Assembly (NCBI GenBank): GCA_017642535.1
Contig: JAGCOW010000042.1
Coordinates: 64,777 to 128,776, forward strand
DNA length: 64,000 bases
Direction: 5' to 3'
Source of the DNA: Bacteroidales bacterium
GTDB lineage: Bacteria; Bacteroidota; Bacteroidia; Bacteroidales; UBA1715
Shown: in pieces, positions 44,554 to 54,096 of the stretch
How positions within the stretch are numbered: the stretch's first letter is position 1
How the letters are laid out: every line of letters begins with the position of its first letter
Made by a program: the position numbers and the translations under genes
Notes under the pieces: generated by a model
Seen by the model: only the letters and a program-made list of their open reading frames with translations
What the model was told of the DNA's origin: nothing
Database searches by the model: none

Positions 44554-45795
44554 TCAAAACGTGTATTGTAACATTACCGTCGCGCTGTGGACAGTCATTC
44601 CCAAATCGTCGTTGTCGCGGTCGATTTGTGTTTCGTGTCCCGTGCGGCCAGTGTATTGGTACATTGCCTGCAATTTCAGGTTGCAACCCGGCATAAAATA
44701 ATTAAATCCGATTGCTGGCATATTCAGCATTCCTTTGGTGTCCAGTCCGTTACGTTCATAAAGGTCATAACGCAATGCCGCCTGCAGTTTGTTGGTCACG
44801 AAATAACCTGCCTGTGCGTAACCGCCGATGAAATTATACATTTCGCTGATTTTCTGGCGTTCCGTAAAGCCAATGTGCATAAAGTAACATTCGGTTGCCA
44901 GATACAATTTATGGTACAAGTACGCGAATTCAAAACCGGCACGGAAATCGTTGGTGCTTTCGTTCTCACTCTCAACGTTCAGCGACGACGAAACGCCAAT
45001 CATCCATTTGTTTTCGTCAAGACGGTTTGCAGAACCTTGAATCATAGGCATGGCTCCTTTGGGCGAGAATGTGATTCGTCCTGCATACAATAACGACGGA
45101 ATATGCCAATCGTCGCTGAATGTCCGTCCTGCCGCATTCGTGCCTATTCCCGTTCCGTTGAAGACGCCCAATTCGTAACCGAATTTGCCAGCAATGGAGC
45201 CGTGCATTTCCGCACCCAAGTCAAAACCCAATCCTATGCTTGGCGTGACGGCGTTCAACGCATACGGCAGAATCACTGTGGCTGTCAGCGAGTTTGGAAG
45301 CACGGGAAGCAATGTTTCGCCCAACGTGGTGAGATATGCGTGGGTGAATGGTGTTTTAAACTTTCCTATGCGAAACGCAATGTTCTTTTTCGTTTGAACG
45401 TCGAACCACGCTTGTTGGAGCAGTGCTCCGCCACTCGAAGCCGCATTTATCGACAAGTTGAAGGTGACTTTTCCGAACGCTTTCCCCGTGAAACCAAGCA
45501 CGGCATAAGGAACGGCAAAGCCGCTGTTTGCCACGTTGTCCTGATTGTACGCCTTGTCAAGACCTTCGTCATCGTAATAATTGAATTTTGCACACGTCTG
45601 CACCAACATAAATGGTTTGAACACGAAATCGCCAGTGCCGCTGCTGATTTTCAGACCTGTCTTTCCACTCATCGAAACTATGCCGTTTTCAAAATCATCG
45701 TCGTGAGTCGTTGCTTGTGCATTAGATTCCTGATTTTCCTGTGCCAATCCAAACAACGGCAACAGAGCCATAACAAAACAAAATATCTTTTTCAT
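44554..45795 (-). CDS. outer-membrane porin (porin O/P-like)
   Basis: The signal peptide is MKKIFCFVMALLPLFGLAQ. IGFNYFMPGCNLKLQAMYQY is present, and the C-terminus ends in MLQYTF (terminal Phe). Confidence 0.65.
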   Translation of the reverse strand: MKKIFCFVMALLPLFGLAQENQESNAQATTHDDDFENGIVSMSGKTGLKISSGTGDFVFKPFMLVQTCAKFNYYDDEGLDKAYNQDNVANSGFAVPYAVLGFTGKAFGKVTFNLSINAASSGGALLQQAWFDVQTKKNIAFRIGKFKTPFTHAYLTTLGETLLPVLPNSLTATVILPYALNAVTPSIGLGFDLGAEMHGSIAGKFGYELGVFNGTGIGTNAAGRTFSDDWHIPSLLYAGRITFSPKGAMPMIQGSANRLDENKWMIGVSSSLNVESENESTNDFRAGFEFAYLYHKLYLATECYFMHIGFTERQKISEMYNFIGGYAQAGYFVTNKLQAALRYDLYERNGLDTKGMLNMPAIGFNYFMPGCNLKLQAMYQYTGRTGHETQIDRDNDDLGMTVHSATVMLQYTF

Positions 45796-45850
45796 CTTTT
45801 TTACAATTAACACTCTTTTATTTCTTAATTTTTACTTGTAATTCGTAATT

Positions 45851-47344
45851 CTATAACGAGTTAAGGAACGCCACCAAAGCCGTTCTGTCGTTTTTGTTCA
45901 TATTTTTGAATAGATTTTTCGACGCTTCGCCCTCGCCGCCGTGCCACATAATGGCTTCAACGAAATTCCGTGCCCGTCCGTCGTGCAAAAAGTAGGTATG
46001 ACCATTGACTTTCTCCTGCAAACCGACACCCCATAATGGAGTCGTGCGCCATTCGTTGCCTCTTGCCAACCCGCTCACAAAATTGTCGTTCAAGCCAACG
46101 CCCATAATTTCCGAGCCCATATCGTGGAGCAAGAAGTCGGAATACGGATGAATTGTCTGATTCCCGAGCCACGGCAGACGTGTTCCGTTCAGCAGAACCG
46201 AACCACCCACCTTGGTGTGAAGCGTGGTCACGTGGCAAAGATGGCATTTTGCCTGATAAAACATTTGTTCTCCTCGTTTAACAATGGAATCGTTCACGTT
46301 TCTTCGTGCCGGCACGCCAAGCGACTGCATATACAAATCAACGTCTTCCATATCTTGGGTTGATACATCTAACTGATTGTATGATAGACCCATAGCACTT
46401 CCTTGCGACATTTGCAGTTGTCCTTCGCAGATTTCTTCCGGAAAACGGCTGTTTGTTGAGCCCATATCGCTTGAAAAGCCCAATTCCACGGTCAAATCCA
46501 AGTGGTGTGCCTTGTTTCCCGACAAACCCACGGAACGCCGTCCACGTTCGGTAATGTAGTTGCACCGCCCGCTGATGCCATATTCGGGATAGTTGCTTTT
46601 TGCAGCCAATGCCTCAATTTCAGCAGGGTCGATTGCCATAATTTGTCCCATTCCCACGTGGCGGAGCGGTATTCTCACCGTGCAGAACAAATCTTCGGGC
46701 TGAAGAATGATGGAATCGCCTTTCACGCCGTCCCAAAACTTTTTGTACCATTCGGTTATGGTAAATTCTGGATAACAGAGTTCGTAAGGTTCGCCGTCGG
46801 GGAAGGTGAACGACTGAAAATGCCAGTCAACTTTGACTTTCCCTTCGGGTTGAACGCCGTAGATTGCCTGGTCGTGGACCACACGACCATAGTCTTGGAA
46901 GAACACGCCGTTTTTGCGGGTAATGTAAATCAGCATAGCCGAAAAACCATATTGCCCCGAGCCGTAGGTAGGATTTCCTTTGTCGTCAACACCATTGGGA
47001 GTCCACACACCGGGTTTTGTACGACCAGCGTTGCGGTGACAACTACCGCAAGAATAGCCGGCATACACGGGTCCAAGACCGCCACCGTAGCCGTTGCTGC
47101 TTGTTCGGGCATCGTCATACAATGCATCACCACGGTTAAAGCGCCGTTCGTAGGAGCCAGAAAGCCATTCGGCAGGCGAATCGAACGCCTTTGATGAATT
47201 CATAAAAATTGTTGAAGTTCCAGCCGACAATGCGTAGCCCTTCGGAACCACCACATCGTCCATATCGATGCCTTCCTTTGTGCACGATTGAAGCATTCCC
47301 GAAAAAAGGATTATGCAACAACCTAAATAACCAATGCCTTTCAT
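45851..47344 (-). CDS. di-haem cytochrome-c peroxidase-like / DUF1111-type putative thiol oxidoreductase lipoprotein
   Basis: The lipobox is LFSGMLQSCTKEG. Two CxxCH motifs are present (CGSCHRN and CHLCHV). The size and pattern match the imelysin-associated di-haem proteins. Confidence 0.75.
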   Translation of the reverse strand: MKGIGYLGCCIILFSGMLQSCTKEGIDMDDVVVPKGYALSAGTSTIFMNSSKAFDSPAEWLSGSYERRFNRGDALYDDARTSSNGYGGGLGPVYAGYSCGSCHRNAGRTKPGVWTPNGVDDKGNPTYGSGQYGFSAMLIYITRKNGVFFQDYGRVVHDQAIYGVQPEGKVKVDWHFQSFTFPDGEPYELCYPEFTITEWYKKFWDGVKGDSIILQPEDLFCTVRIPLRHVGMGQIMAIDPAEIEALAAKSNYPEYGISGRCNYITERGRRSVGLSGNKAHHLDLTVELGFSSDMGSTNSRFPEEICEGQLQMSQGSAMGLSYNQLDVSTQDMEDVDLYMQSLGVPARRNVNDSIVKRGEQMFYQAKCHLCHVTTLHTKVGGSVLLNGTRLPWLGNQTIHPYSDFLLHDMGSEIMGVGLNDNFVSGLARGNEWRTTPLWGVGLQEKVNGHTYFLHDGRARNFVEAIMWHGGEGEASKNLFKNMNKNDRTALVAFLNSL

Positions 47345-47404
47345 TTTCGCAAATGAGTGAAACTAAGTTCTTTTTTGCCCACAAAGAAAAAGAATCGGGG
47401 AAAG

Positions 47405-47438
47405 TGTACAATCCCTAAAAATGGGGATTTATAAGTGT
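47405..47438 (-). promoter_or_regulatory. AATCCC-N8-GGGATT motif, copy 5 (upstream of the di-haem gene)
   Basis: tgtacaatccctaaaaatggggatttataagtgt. The arms are at 47410-47415 and 47424-47429. Confidence 0.6.
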
Positions 47439-47471
47439 ATTTTTAAGGATTTGATTATTGAGTTACAAATT

Positions 47472-48989
47472 CTATTGCACCACAGGAAGTGAGATTCGGA
47501 ATGTGGTTCCTTTGTCGATTTCCGAAGATTTCACCACAATTTTCCCGTGATGATATTCCTTAATTATTCGTTGTGCAAGACTCAGTCCAAGGCCCCAACC
47601 ACGCGATTTAGTGGTGTAGCCAGGTTGGAAAATCGTCTTGAACTTGTTTCGTGGAATACCCTTGCCAGTATCGGAAATGTCGATGCAGACCAAATCGTTT
47701 TCTTGGGAAATCTCAATCGTGAGAGTTCCTTTTCCTTGCATCGCGTCGATGGCATTTTTCCAAAGGTTTTCGATAACCCACGCAAAAAGCGAGGTGTTCA
47801 AATTCGCATACAACGGTTCCTCGGGTGCTATAACGTTGGATACCACCGTTTTGGCAGTACGATTTTTCATATAATTAATGGCGTTCAACGTGGTTTGAAC
47901 CACATCCTCGCGAGTAAGACTTGGAATGGAGCCCACTTTCGAGAATCGTTCGGCAATTGTTTCCAAACGATGCACGTCCTTATCCAATTCGCTGATGATA
48001 TTTGGGTCTAATTCCTTCATTTTCAGTATTTCTGTCCATGCCATCAACGATGAAATCGGTGTTCCCAACTGATGAGCCGTTTCCTTTGACATTCCCACCC
48101 AAAGCTGATTTTTTTCGTATTTTTCAAATGAATGAAACGTAAAATAAACAATCATTGCTAACAAAATAGTAATAACTATTAGCAATAATGGATAATACAT
48201 CAAATTTGAGATTAAAACGGAATCCTTATAAAAAAGATAACCAACTTCCTCCTTGTCAAGTAAAATTTGTATTGGTTCGTTTTCCGACATCTCCTTTTGC
48301 ACGTATGTTTGTACCGATTCACGTTTGATTTTTTTCAAATCTTTCTCTGATAGATTTCCGTCGGCAAGAATCGTCGTCGTGTCGCTATTGGTAATGATTA
48401 CAGGGACGGAAACGGAGTTTTGTGCCACCTCTACAATAAAGGAATGTATCATATTGTTAATCATCTCCTGAATCTCGTTAAACATTTGAGAATCAGAATA
48501 ATAAAGATAATTTATAACTTTCCCTTTATATGAAACTTGCAATGGTTTGTATTTGCTGAATTTGGAAAGAATAGATTCTGGTATTTTCTTACCTATTTCT
48601 ATTTTTTCATCGATATTCATTGTTGTTATCACTTCTTTATTGGCATCAGTAAGAATGATAGGAATATCTTTGTTGTTGCTAATGATTTTCAAAAGGAACG
48701 TAAGAAATTGAGAATCTTCAACTTCCATTATCATTTGTTGTGATTCTTTCCAAAGTTCCACTTTCTGCAATTCTTCTTGTTGCAGTTTCTCAAATAGTTC
48801 TGAGGTGTATTCCAATAGGTTGTTCCGTTGTTTTACGGCATCGGCCCACAGCATTACTTTTTTTCGTTCTTCTTGGCGTATGTCGCGGATTGTGGAGTTG
48901 AGAAATGAGAAAATCACCGCAATGATAATCATTGCAAGACAGAAGAATGCGAATTTTATACGGTTTTTACCACTATATCCCAAACTCAT
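47472..48989 (-). CDS. sensor histidine kinase (HisKA + HATPase_c)
   Basis: Two TM segments, the H-box ETAHQLGTPISSLMAW, and the ATP-lid sequences DTGKGIP...GWGLGLSLAQRII. Confidence 0.85.
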   Translation of the reverse strand: MSLGYSGKNRIKFAFFCLAMIIIAVIFSFLNSTIRDIRQEERKKVMLWADAVKQRNNLLEYTSELFEKLQQEELQKVELWKESQQMIMEVEDSQFLTFLLKIISNNKDIPIILTDANKEVITTMNIDEKIEIGKKIPESILSKFSKYKPLQVSYKGKVINYLYYSDSQMFNEIQEMINNMIHSFIVEVAQNSVSVPVIITNSDTTTILADGNLSEKDLKKIKRESVQTYVQKEMSENEPIQILLDKEEVGYLFYKDSVLISNLMYYPLLLIVITILLAMIVYFTFHSFEKYEKNQLWVGMSKETAHQLGTPISSLMAWTEILKMKELDPNIISELDKDVHRLETIAERFSKVGSIPSLTREDVVQTTLNAINYMKNRTAKTVVSNVIAPEEPLYANLNTSLFAWVIENLWKNAIDAMQGKGTLTIEISQENDLVCIDISDTGKGIPRNKFKTIFQPGYTTKSRGWGLGLSLAQRIIKEYHHGKIVVKSSEIDKGTTFRISLPVVQ

Positions 48990-48990
48990 C

Positions 48991-51507
48991 TTAGTCCCAT
49001 TCTATTTGGAAGTTTGACTCAATAGGTTTTTCTTCTTGAACGTCGTCCTTACCTTCGTTATTGTTGTTGATGATGTCTTTCCATTCCGATTTCTGGTTTT
49101 CAAGTCCTTTCTTCACGTTTTCCTTCGACTTTTTGAAATCGTAGTCAATGTCGTATTTGTCGGGGTCGCCGTGAATTTTGATAGGAACTTTTATGTTGCC
49201 ATCGGAGTTTTTCTCTATCTCGCCAAAATCCTCGGTATCCTTGTTCTTGTTATGAAATTTGGTTGACAAAGTTTTCTTCAGGAACAGCGTGATATAGTAG
49301 AAAAACTGGTTATTCTCGATGTTGTGCGTGCCGGCAAACGACATTTCAAATGCATTTGTCATCACTTTCATATTGGGAATGTATAGTGTGTCGTTTTTTA
49401 TGCGAAGCGTGTTCTTCAAAGTAGAGAACGAGACATTGGTAAATTCTTCAACCATTTTCATTTTTTTGCCAATTTCCACGAGTGTTTCTACGTTATTTAC
49501 CGAACCATCCTCGATAATCACGTCGGCCAAGGCGTCAATCGTGGGATATATGGGATTGTATTCCTCGTCGAAAATTGACGTGAATTTGAAAATACCCGAA
49601 AGAGAACCGTCTATCTGTTTGTCGGTGATTACCGTCTGGTCAAAATTGTCAAACGTCGTGAAAATCTCTTTTGCTGACATTTTTGAAATGCTTCCTTCCG
49701 CCGTGCATCTTGTTTGATTGTTGGGCAAATCGGTCAGCCGTACTTTGCCGCCCACGAATTTTCCTTGCAACGTTGATGCGTTGATTTCTGAAAGTTCTAT
49801 GTAGTCTTTCGCCAATGTAATGATTGTGGCGGCATTGGTGAGATGATACGGTTCGTAATCCAACCGTTTTGCCTCAAAACGGATGCTACCCAACAAACTT
49901 CCGGTTGATTCCGACGAAGCAAGATATTTCTCATAATGTTCGTAAAAAGGTGTAAGATTGATGCTCTCGCACGAACAATTCAGGTTGCAGTGGGAATTTA
50001 CATCGTCGAACAAAATATATTGTACAAAATCCGATGCTTTCCCTTGCATAGTGAATGGTTGTCGCTGTACGTTGCCCTGCACGCTGTCGATTGAGATAGT
50101 TCCGTTTGTGAAGCTCAGTTTTCCCGAAACGTTGTCGAAATCGTATGGCGAATCTTCGGGAGCCGAAATTTTCACGTCCTTGCAGCGCAAATCGGCTTCA
50201 AATTGTGTTTTTTTGAAGAAATCCCTATTGATTTCGGTTACGTCTTTCAATTTTCCGGCACCTTTCAGCGAACCGACAAAATTCCCAGAAAACGAGTAGT
50301 CTTCAATCTTCATCAGCTGTTCAATGTCGTCAATGTTCAAATTCACGTTGCCATCGAACGAAAAAGTCGGATTGTCCAAATTTGTTATCTGCAATGATTG
50401 TAACGTAAGGTCGGAACTGCCTGTGTGAATGGTAGTTGCAGGCGAAGAGTACTCAAACGTGTTGAGTTTTGAAACGTCCTTTGCCTTAAACGTTCCTCTG
50501 GTCGAAAACGCATATTTTGTCTTCTCAAACAGCACGCTTCCCTTGGTACACGCAACGTTGCAAACCAGTTTCGGCATAGCATTTTTTGTTATTTTGCCGT
50601 CAAGTACGCCTTCCACAAAAATATCGGACTGCAACTTGTATGGAGCAAGCGTGTCGGCTACTTTTTTCGGAAGCACATTCAGTATTTTTGAAACCGTCGA
50701 TTCAATGTTGATGTTCAGATTGACAAGATATTCGTCGTTTTTCAGCAAATTCACCGTTCCGTCCGACAGCAAAAGACCTACGGGCGTTTCCAACTTCATT
50801 TTTTGTATGACGTACATCGAACTGTCGCGAATCAGTGAAACGTCGCATTTGAACGACGATTTCGGGAAATAGGATTTTGACTTGTAATTACATTCCTTGT
50901 TGGTAAAGGCGGCGTATGCATCTACAAAAAACTCGTCACCACGAAATTTCCCCGAAAACTTGATTTTGTCGAACCATTCCGAGAGTTTCACCTCCGAGGG
51001 CTTGTCGTGATACGCGGCAAGTGTGTTTACAAAACGAATCTCCGACAAATCCACGAACATGTCTTCTCCTGTGCTATCCGATTCTATTGAGATATCCCAG
51101 TTGTGGTGTTTCTTTGAATCCCTGAAAAAATTGACATTGGCGTCGCGAACCACAATTTCTTGTACTACATAATTCTCAAAAAGGAAATCCAACACGTTGA
51201 ACGACAACAAGACGCGTTGTGCGTACAATGCCGTGTCGGTCGGTTCTGGAAACTCTTTTTTATTGAATGTGTCCGTTGATTTTAAACATACATTATGTAA
51301 TTGTATCGAAATGTTGGGAATATTTCCCCACAACGAAAGGTCAACTTTGCTCAGGGTAATGTCGGCTTTGATTTGCGTTCCCACCTTTTCGGTAACGACC
51401 TGCATTATCTCATCCTTGTACATATACGGAATCGTAACTGCCGCAATGATTATGAGCAACACTATGCCGGCAAGCAAAAAGCCAAATATTCGTAACACTT
51501 TTTTCAT
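48991..51507 (-). CDS. AsmA-family outer-membrane biogenesis protein
   Basis: The N-terminal anchor is MKKVLRIFGFLLAGIVLLIIIAAVTIPYMYKDEI...ADITLSKVDLSLWGNIPNISIQLHNV. This is a long beta-rich protein. Its stop lies 1 nt before the kinase start. Confidence 0.65.
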   Translation of the reverse strand: MKKVLRIFGFLLAGIVLLIIIAAVTIPYMYKDEIMQVVTEKVGTQIKADITLSKVDLSLWGNIPNISIQLHNVCLKSTDTFNKKEFPEPTDTALYAQRVLLSFNVLDFLFENYVVQEIVVRDANVNFFRDSKKHHNWDISIESDSTGEDMFVDLSEIRFVNTLAAYHDKPSEVKLSEWFDKIKFSGKFRGDEFFVDAYAAFTNKECNYKSKSYFPKSSFKCDVSLIRDSSMYVIQKMKLETPVGLLLSDGTVNLLKNDEYLVNLNINIESTVSKILNVLPKKVADTLAPYKLQSDIFVEGVLDGKITKNAMPKLVCNVACTKGSVLFEKTKYAFSTRGTFKAKDVSKLNTFEYSSPATTIHTGSSDLTLQSLQITNLDNPTFSFDGNVNLNIDDIEQLMKIEDYSFSGNFVGSLKGAGKLKDVTEINRDFFKKTQFEADLRCKDVKISAPEDSPYDFDNVSGKLSFTNGTISIDSVQGNVQRQPFTMQGKASDFVQYILFDDVNSHCNLNCSCESINLTPFYEHYEKYLASSESTGSLLGSIRFEAKRLDYEPYHLTNAATIITLAKDYIELSEINASTLQGKFVGGKVRLTDLPNNQTRCTAEGSISKMSAKEIFTTFDNFDQTVITDKQIDGSLSGIFKFTSIFDEEYNPIYPTIDALADVIIEDGSVNNVETLVEIGKKMKMVEEFTNVSFSTLKNTLRIKNDTLYIPNMKVMTNAFEMSFAGTHNIENNQFFYYITLFLKKTLSTKFHNKNKDTEDFGEIEKNSDGNIKVPIKIHGDPDKYDIDYDFKKSKENVKKGLENQKSEWKDIINNNNEGKDDVQEEKPIESNFQIEWD

Positions 51508-51596
51508 TATGGCAAATGTATATAATTTCGTGTAAAAATGATAGCATTCGACGTTTCACAAAGAAAAATTACTACATTTCGCAATAATTTTTCAAA

Positions 51597-52127
51597 ATGA
51601 CATACGAAGAGTTGTTGGAAAATACGGAAATCCGTCTTCGCGCTCTTGAACCGAGCGACGTTGACTTGCTCTATGCGTGGGAAAACGATACAAGCATCTG
51701 GGATGTAAGTTCAACTATTATCCCGTTTTCAAAAAACACTATTCGCAATTATATAAATAATTCGCAGTCAGATATTTATGAAGCAAAACAACTGCGGCTT
51801 ATGATAGAAGACAAATCTTCGCAATCTACTATCGGAGCGATTGACTTGTACGATTTTGATCCTCATAATCGTCGTGCGGGAATCGGGATTTTTGTCATAA
51901 AAGAATTTCAGAACAAGGGATTTGCGACAAAATCTCTTCAACTTCTTCTGCATTATTGTAAGACAATGTTATTGTTACATCAAGTATATGCTGAAGTTCC
52001 TTGCAAAAACGAGATTAGTCTTGCTTTGTTCGCCAACGCGGGTTTTCAGCAATGCGGAGTACGAAAAGACTGGCTTTTGCGTGGGCAGGAGTATGAAGAT
52101 GTTGTGATGATGCAAAAGATTTTATAA
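51597..52127 (+). CDS. GNAT-family N-acetyltransferase (RimJ/RimL-like)
   Basis: LRALEPSDVDLLYAWEND...IGIFVIKEFQNKGFATKSL. Confidence 0.75.
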   Translation: MTYEELLENTEIRLRALEPSDVDLLYAWENDTSIWDVSSTIIPFSKNTIRNYINNSQSDIYEAKQLRLMIEDKSSQSTIGAIDLYDFDPHNRRAGIGIFVIKEFQNKGFATKSLQLLLHYCKTMLLLHQVYAEVPCKNEISLALFANAGFQQCGVRKDWLLRGQEYEDVVMMQKIL

Positions 52128-52161
52128 ATGTAACTACTTGCTGATTGATAGTCAACAAGAA

Positions 52162-53106
52162 TTAATCCTCAAATGCTTTCTTGATTTTTTCGGTCAATTG
52201 GGAAACGACAAGTTTTTCAGTTTGGAGAACCATATTCTTTATCGCTTTTGCCGACGATGCACCGTGACCGATTACAATAGGAGCTTGCACGCCAAGTACT
52301 GGCGTTCCGCCATGATTTTCGTAATTGAAATATTCAAAGAAAGGATGTTCTATGCCAAGTTTTTTGGAAATGCCGTACATTGCCTCCACTTGTTTCAGAA
52401 CAATGTTCCCGGTAAAACCGTCGCTCACAATCACATCGGCCTTGTCGCTGTATAATTCGTGGCCTTCAATGTTGCCACAGAAATTAAAATCCTCACTTCC
52501 CTTCATTAAAGTGTAGGTTGCTTGTGTAAGCAGGTTACCTTTCTTTTCCTCCTCGCCAATGTTGAGCAAACGCACACGAGGATTATCAACTTCGTGGTAG
52601 TATTGGGAATACAAACTGCCAAGAATACCATATTGATAAAGGACATCGGGACGACAGTCCGAATTGAGTCCAATATCCAATAGGGTAGTGAATTTTCCGC
52701 CAGAAAGTTTAGGGACCGACGTCGTGAGACAAGGACGGATAATCCCGGAAATCACTTTGATGACGGAAACGGCTCCCACCATCATTGCTCCAGTGCTACC
52801 TGCACTTGCAAAAGCATCAATCTTTCCAGCGTACAAATCCTTAAAACCGACAGTAATGCTTGAATCTTGCTTGCGTTGGAACGCTTTTGCTGGATGTTCG
52901 CCCATCTCAATGACCGACGGAGCGTCAATCACTTCAACATTATTGCCGGAGAATTTTTCACGTTCGAAAATAGCATTGATGGCTTTGGCGTTGCCATATA
53001 AAACAATAGTGCTTCCTGATTGAAGCACTTTGCTTGCTTGTATTACACCAAGGACAACGTTTTCGGGGGCAAAATCGCCACCCATGCCGTCAATACCTAT
53101 TCTCAT
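52162..53106 (-). CDS. plsX: phosphate acyltransferase PlsX
   Basis: MRIGIDGMGGDFAPENVVLG. Confidence 0.9.
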   Translation of the reverse strand: MRIGIDGMGGDFAPENVVLGVIQASKVLQSGSTIVLYGNAKAINAIFEREKFSGNNVEVIDAPSVIEMGEHPAKAFQRKQDSSITVGFKDLYAGKIDAFASAGSTGAMMVGAVSVIKVISGIIRPCLTTSVPKLSGGKFTTLLDIGLNSDCRPDVLYQYGILGSLYSQYYHEVDNPRVRLLNIGEEEKKGNLLTQATYTLMKGSEDFNFCGNIEGHELYSDKADVIVSDGFTGNIVLKQVEAMYGISKKLGIEHPFFEYFNYENHGGTPVLGVQAPIVIGHGASSAKAIKNMVLQTEKLVVSQLTEKIKKAFED

Positions 53107-53120
53107 ACGTAAATTAAAAA

Positions 53121-53318
53121 CTATTCTGCTGATTGAGCAGTCTTTTCAATCAATAATTTGCCGTTGTAGTACAAGTTACCTTCTACTTCATAAGCAGTGT
53201 GACGACGGTGAACTGTGCCAGTTGTAGGACATTTGCTCAATGTTGGAGCTACTGCTACGTCGTGTGTACGTCTTTTGTCTCTTCTCGTCTTTGAGACTTT
53301 TCGTTTAGGATGTGCCAT
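53121..53318 (-). CDS. rpmF: 50S ribosomal protein L32
   Basis: MAHPKRKVSKTRRDKRRTH. Confidence 0.9.
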   Translation of the reverse strand: MAHPKRKVSKTRRDKRRTHDVAVAPTLSKCPTTGTVHRRHTAYEVEGNLYYNGKLLIEKTAQSAE

Positions 53319-53330
53319 CTTATTATTTTT

Positions 53331-53852
53331 TTAATTTTTAAACATATTTTTTAATGAATCCCATCGCGGGTCCGTTTTTTCTTCTTTTGTTTTTTTTGAT
53401 TGTTTCAGATATGAAATCACATCGGAATTACAATCTTTTTCGTTCGGATGAACTTTTTTCAATGGAATGGCGAGCATTATCATTTCGTAAAGTATTGATG
53501 AAATTCCAATTTCCGTTTCGTCGGGTGGAATCACTATAATGTTGTCTGCATCGGCAAGTTCGTCGTCATCTTCTCCCAGTTTCACTATCAGCTCTTGCTC
53601 CGATTCTATCGGCAATGCGAAAATGTCTAAACATCTGTCGCATTCCACCGAAATAGTTCCTTTCATTTTCAATGAAAGTGTATGCAGATCCTGTTGTTTC
53701 ACAAAATGAATATCGACACGCAAATCGGCGTCGAAAATCCCTTCCATTTGTTGCTCTTCAATGAACGCTTTGCCTAAATTCAGCACTTCGTCGTAAACCC
53801 CTTCCTTCAACGTCTGCAACGGAATTGTATGTACATCCTTCGTTCGACCCAT
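53331..53852 (-). CDS. yceD: YceD/DUF177 family protein
   Basis: It occupies the conserved position upstream of rpmF-plsX and carries the CDRCLDIF motif. Confidence 0.75.
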   Translation of the reverse strand: MGRTKDVHTIPLQTLKEGVYDEVLNLGKAFIEEQQMEGIFDADLRVDIHFVKQQDLHTLSLKMKGTISVECDRCLDIFALPIESEQELIVKLGEDDDELADADNIIVIPPDETEIGISSILYEMIMLAIPLKKVHPNEKDCNSDVISYLKQSKKTKEEKTDPRWDSLKNMFKN

Positions 53853-54066
53853 ACTAAATTTTTAGCACGCAAAAATAGAAAAATTTTTACATTCCGCAAA
53901 CATTTCACATTTTATTAACACGAAAACTCTTCTCAATGTCACCAAGACTACTATTTATTAATGATACTTCACATTTTGTTTTTTTGTGGGGAAGGGTTGA
54001 GCTATGCTTTTATAAGAGAAATCTAAAATGATGATTCACAAATCTGTTGATTCTCTTTTTTTATGT

Positions 54067-54074
54067 TATCTTTG
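54067..54074 (+). promoter_or_regulatory. candidate -7 box (TATCTTTG)
   Basis: Matches TAnnTTTG, 23 nt upstream of the ffh ATG. Confidence 0.35.
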
Positions 54075-54096
54075 CAAAGTTTGAAATTGAAATACA

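Noticed and set aside
53853-54096. A search for an SRP (4.5S) RNA gene next to ffh.
   Set aside because: There is no GGUCCGGAAGGAAGCAGC-like conserved domain IV sequence or long hairpin here or in 55429-55770.
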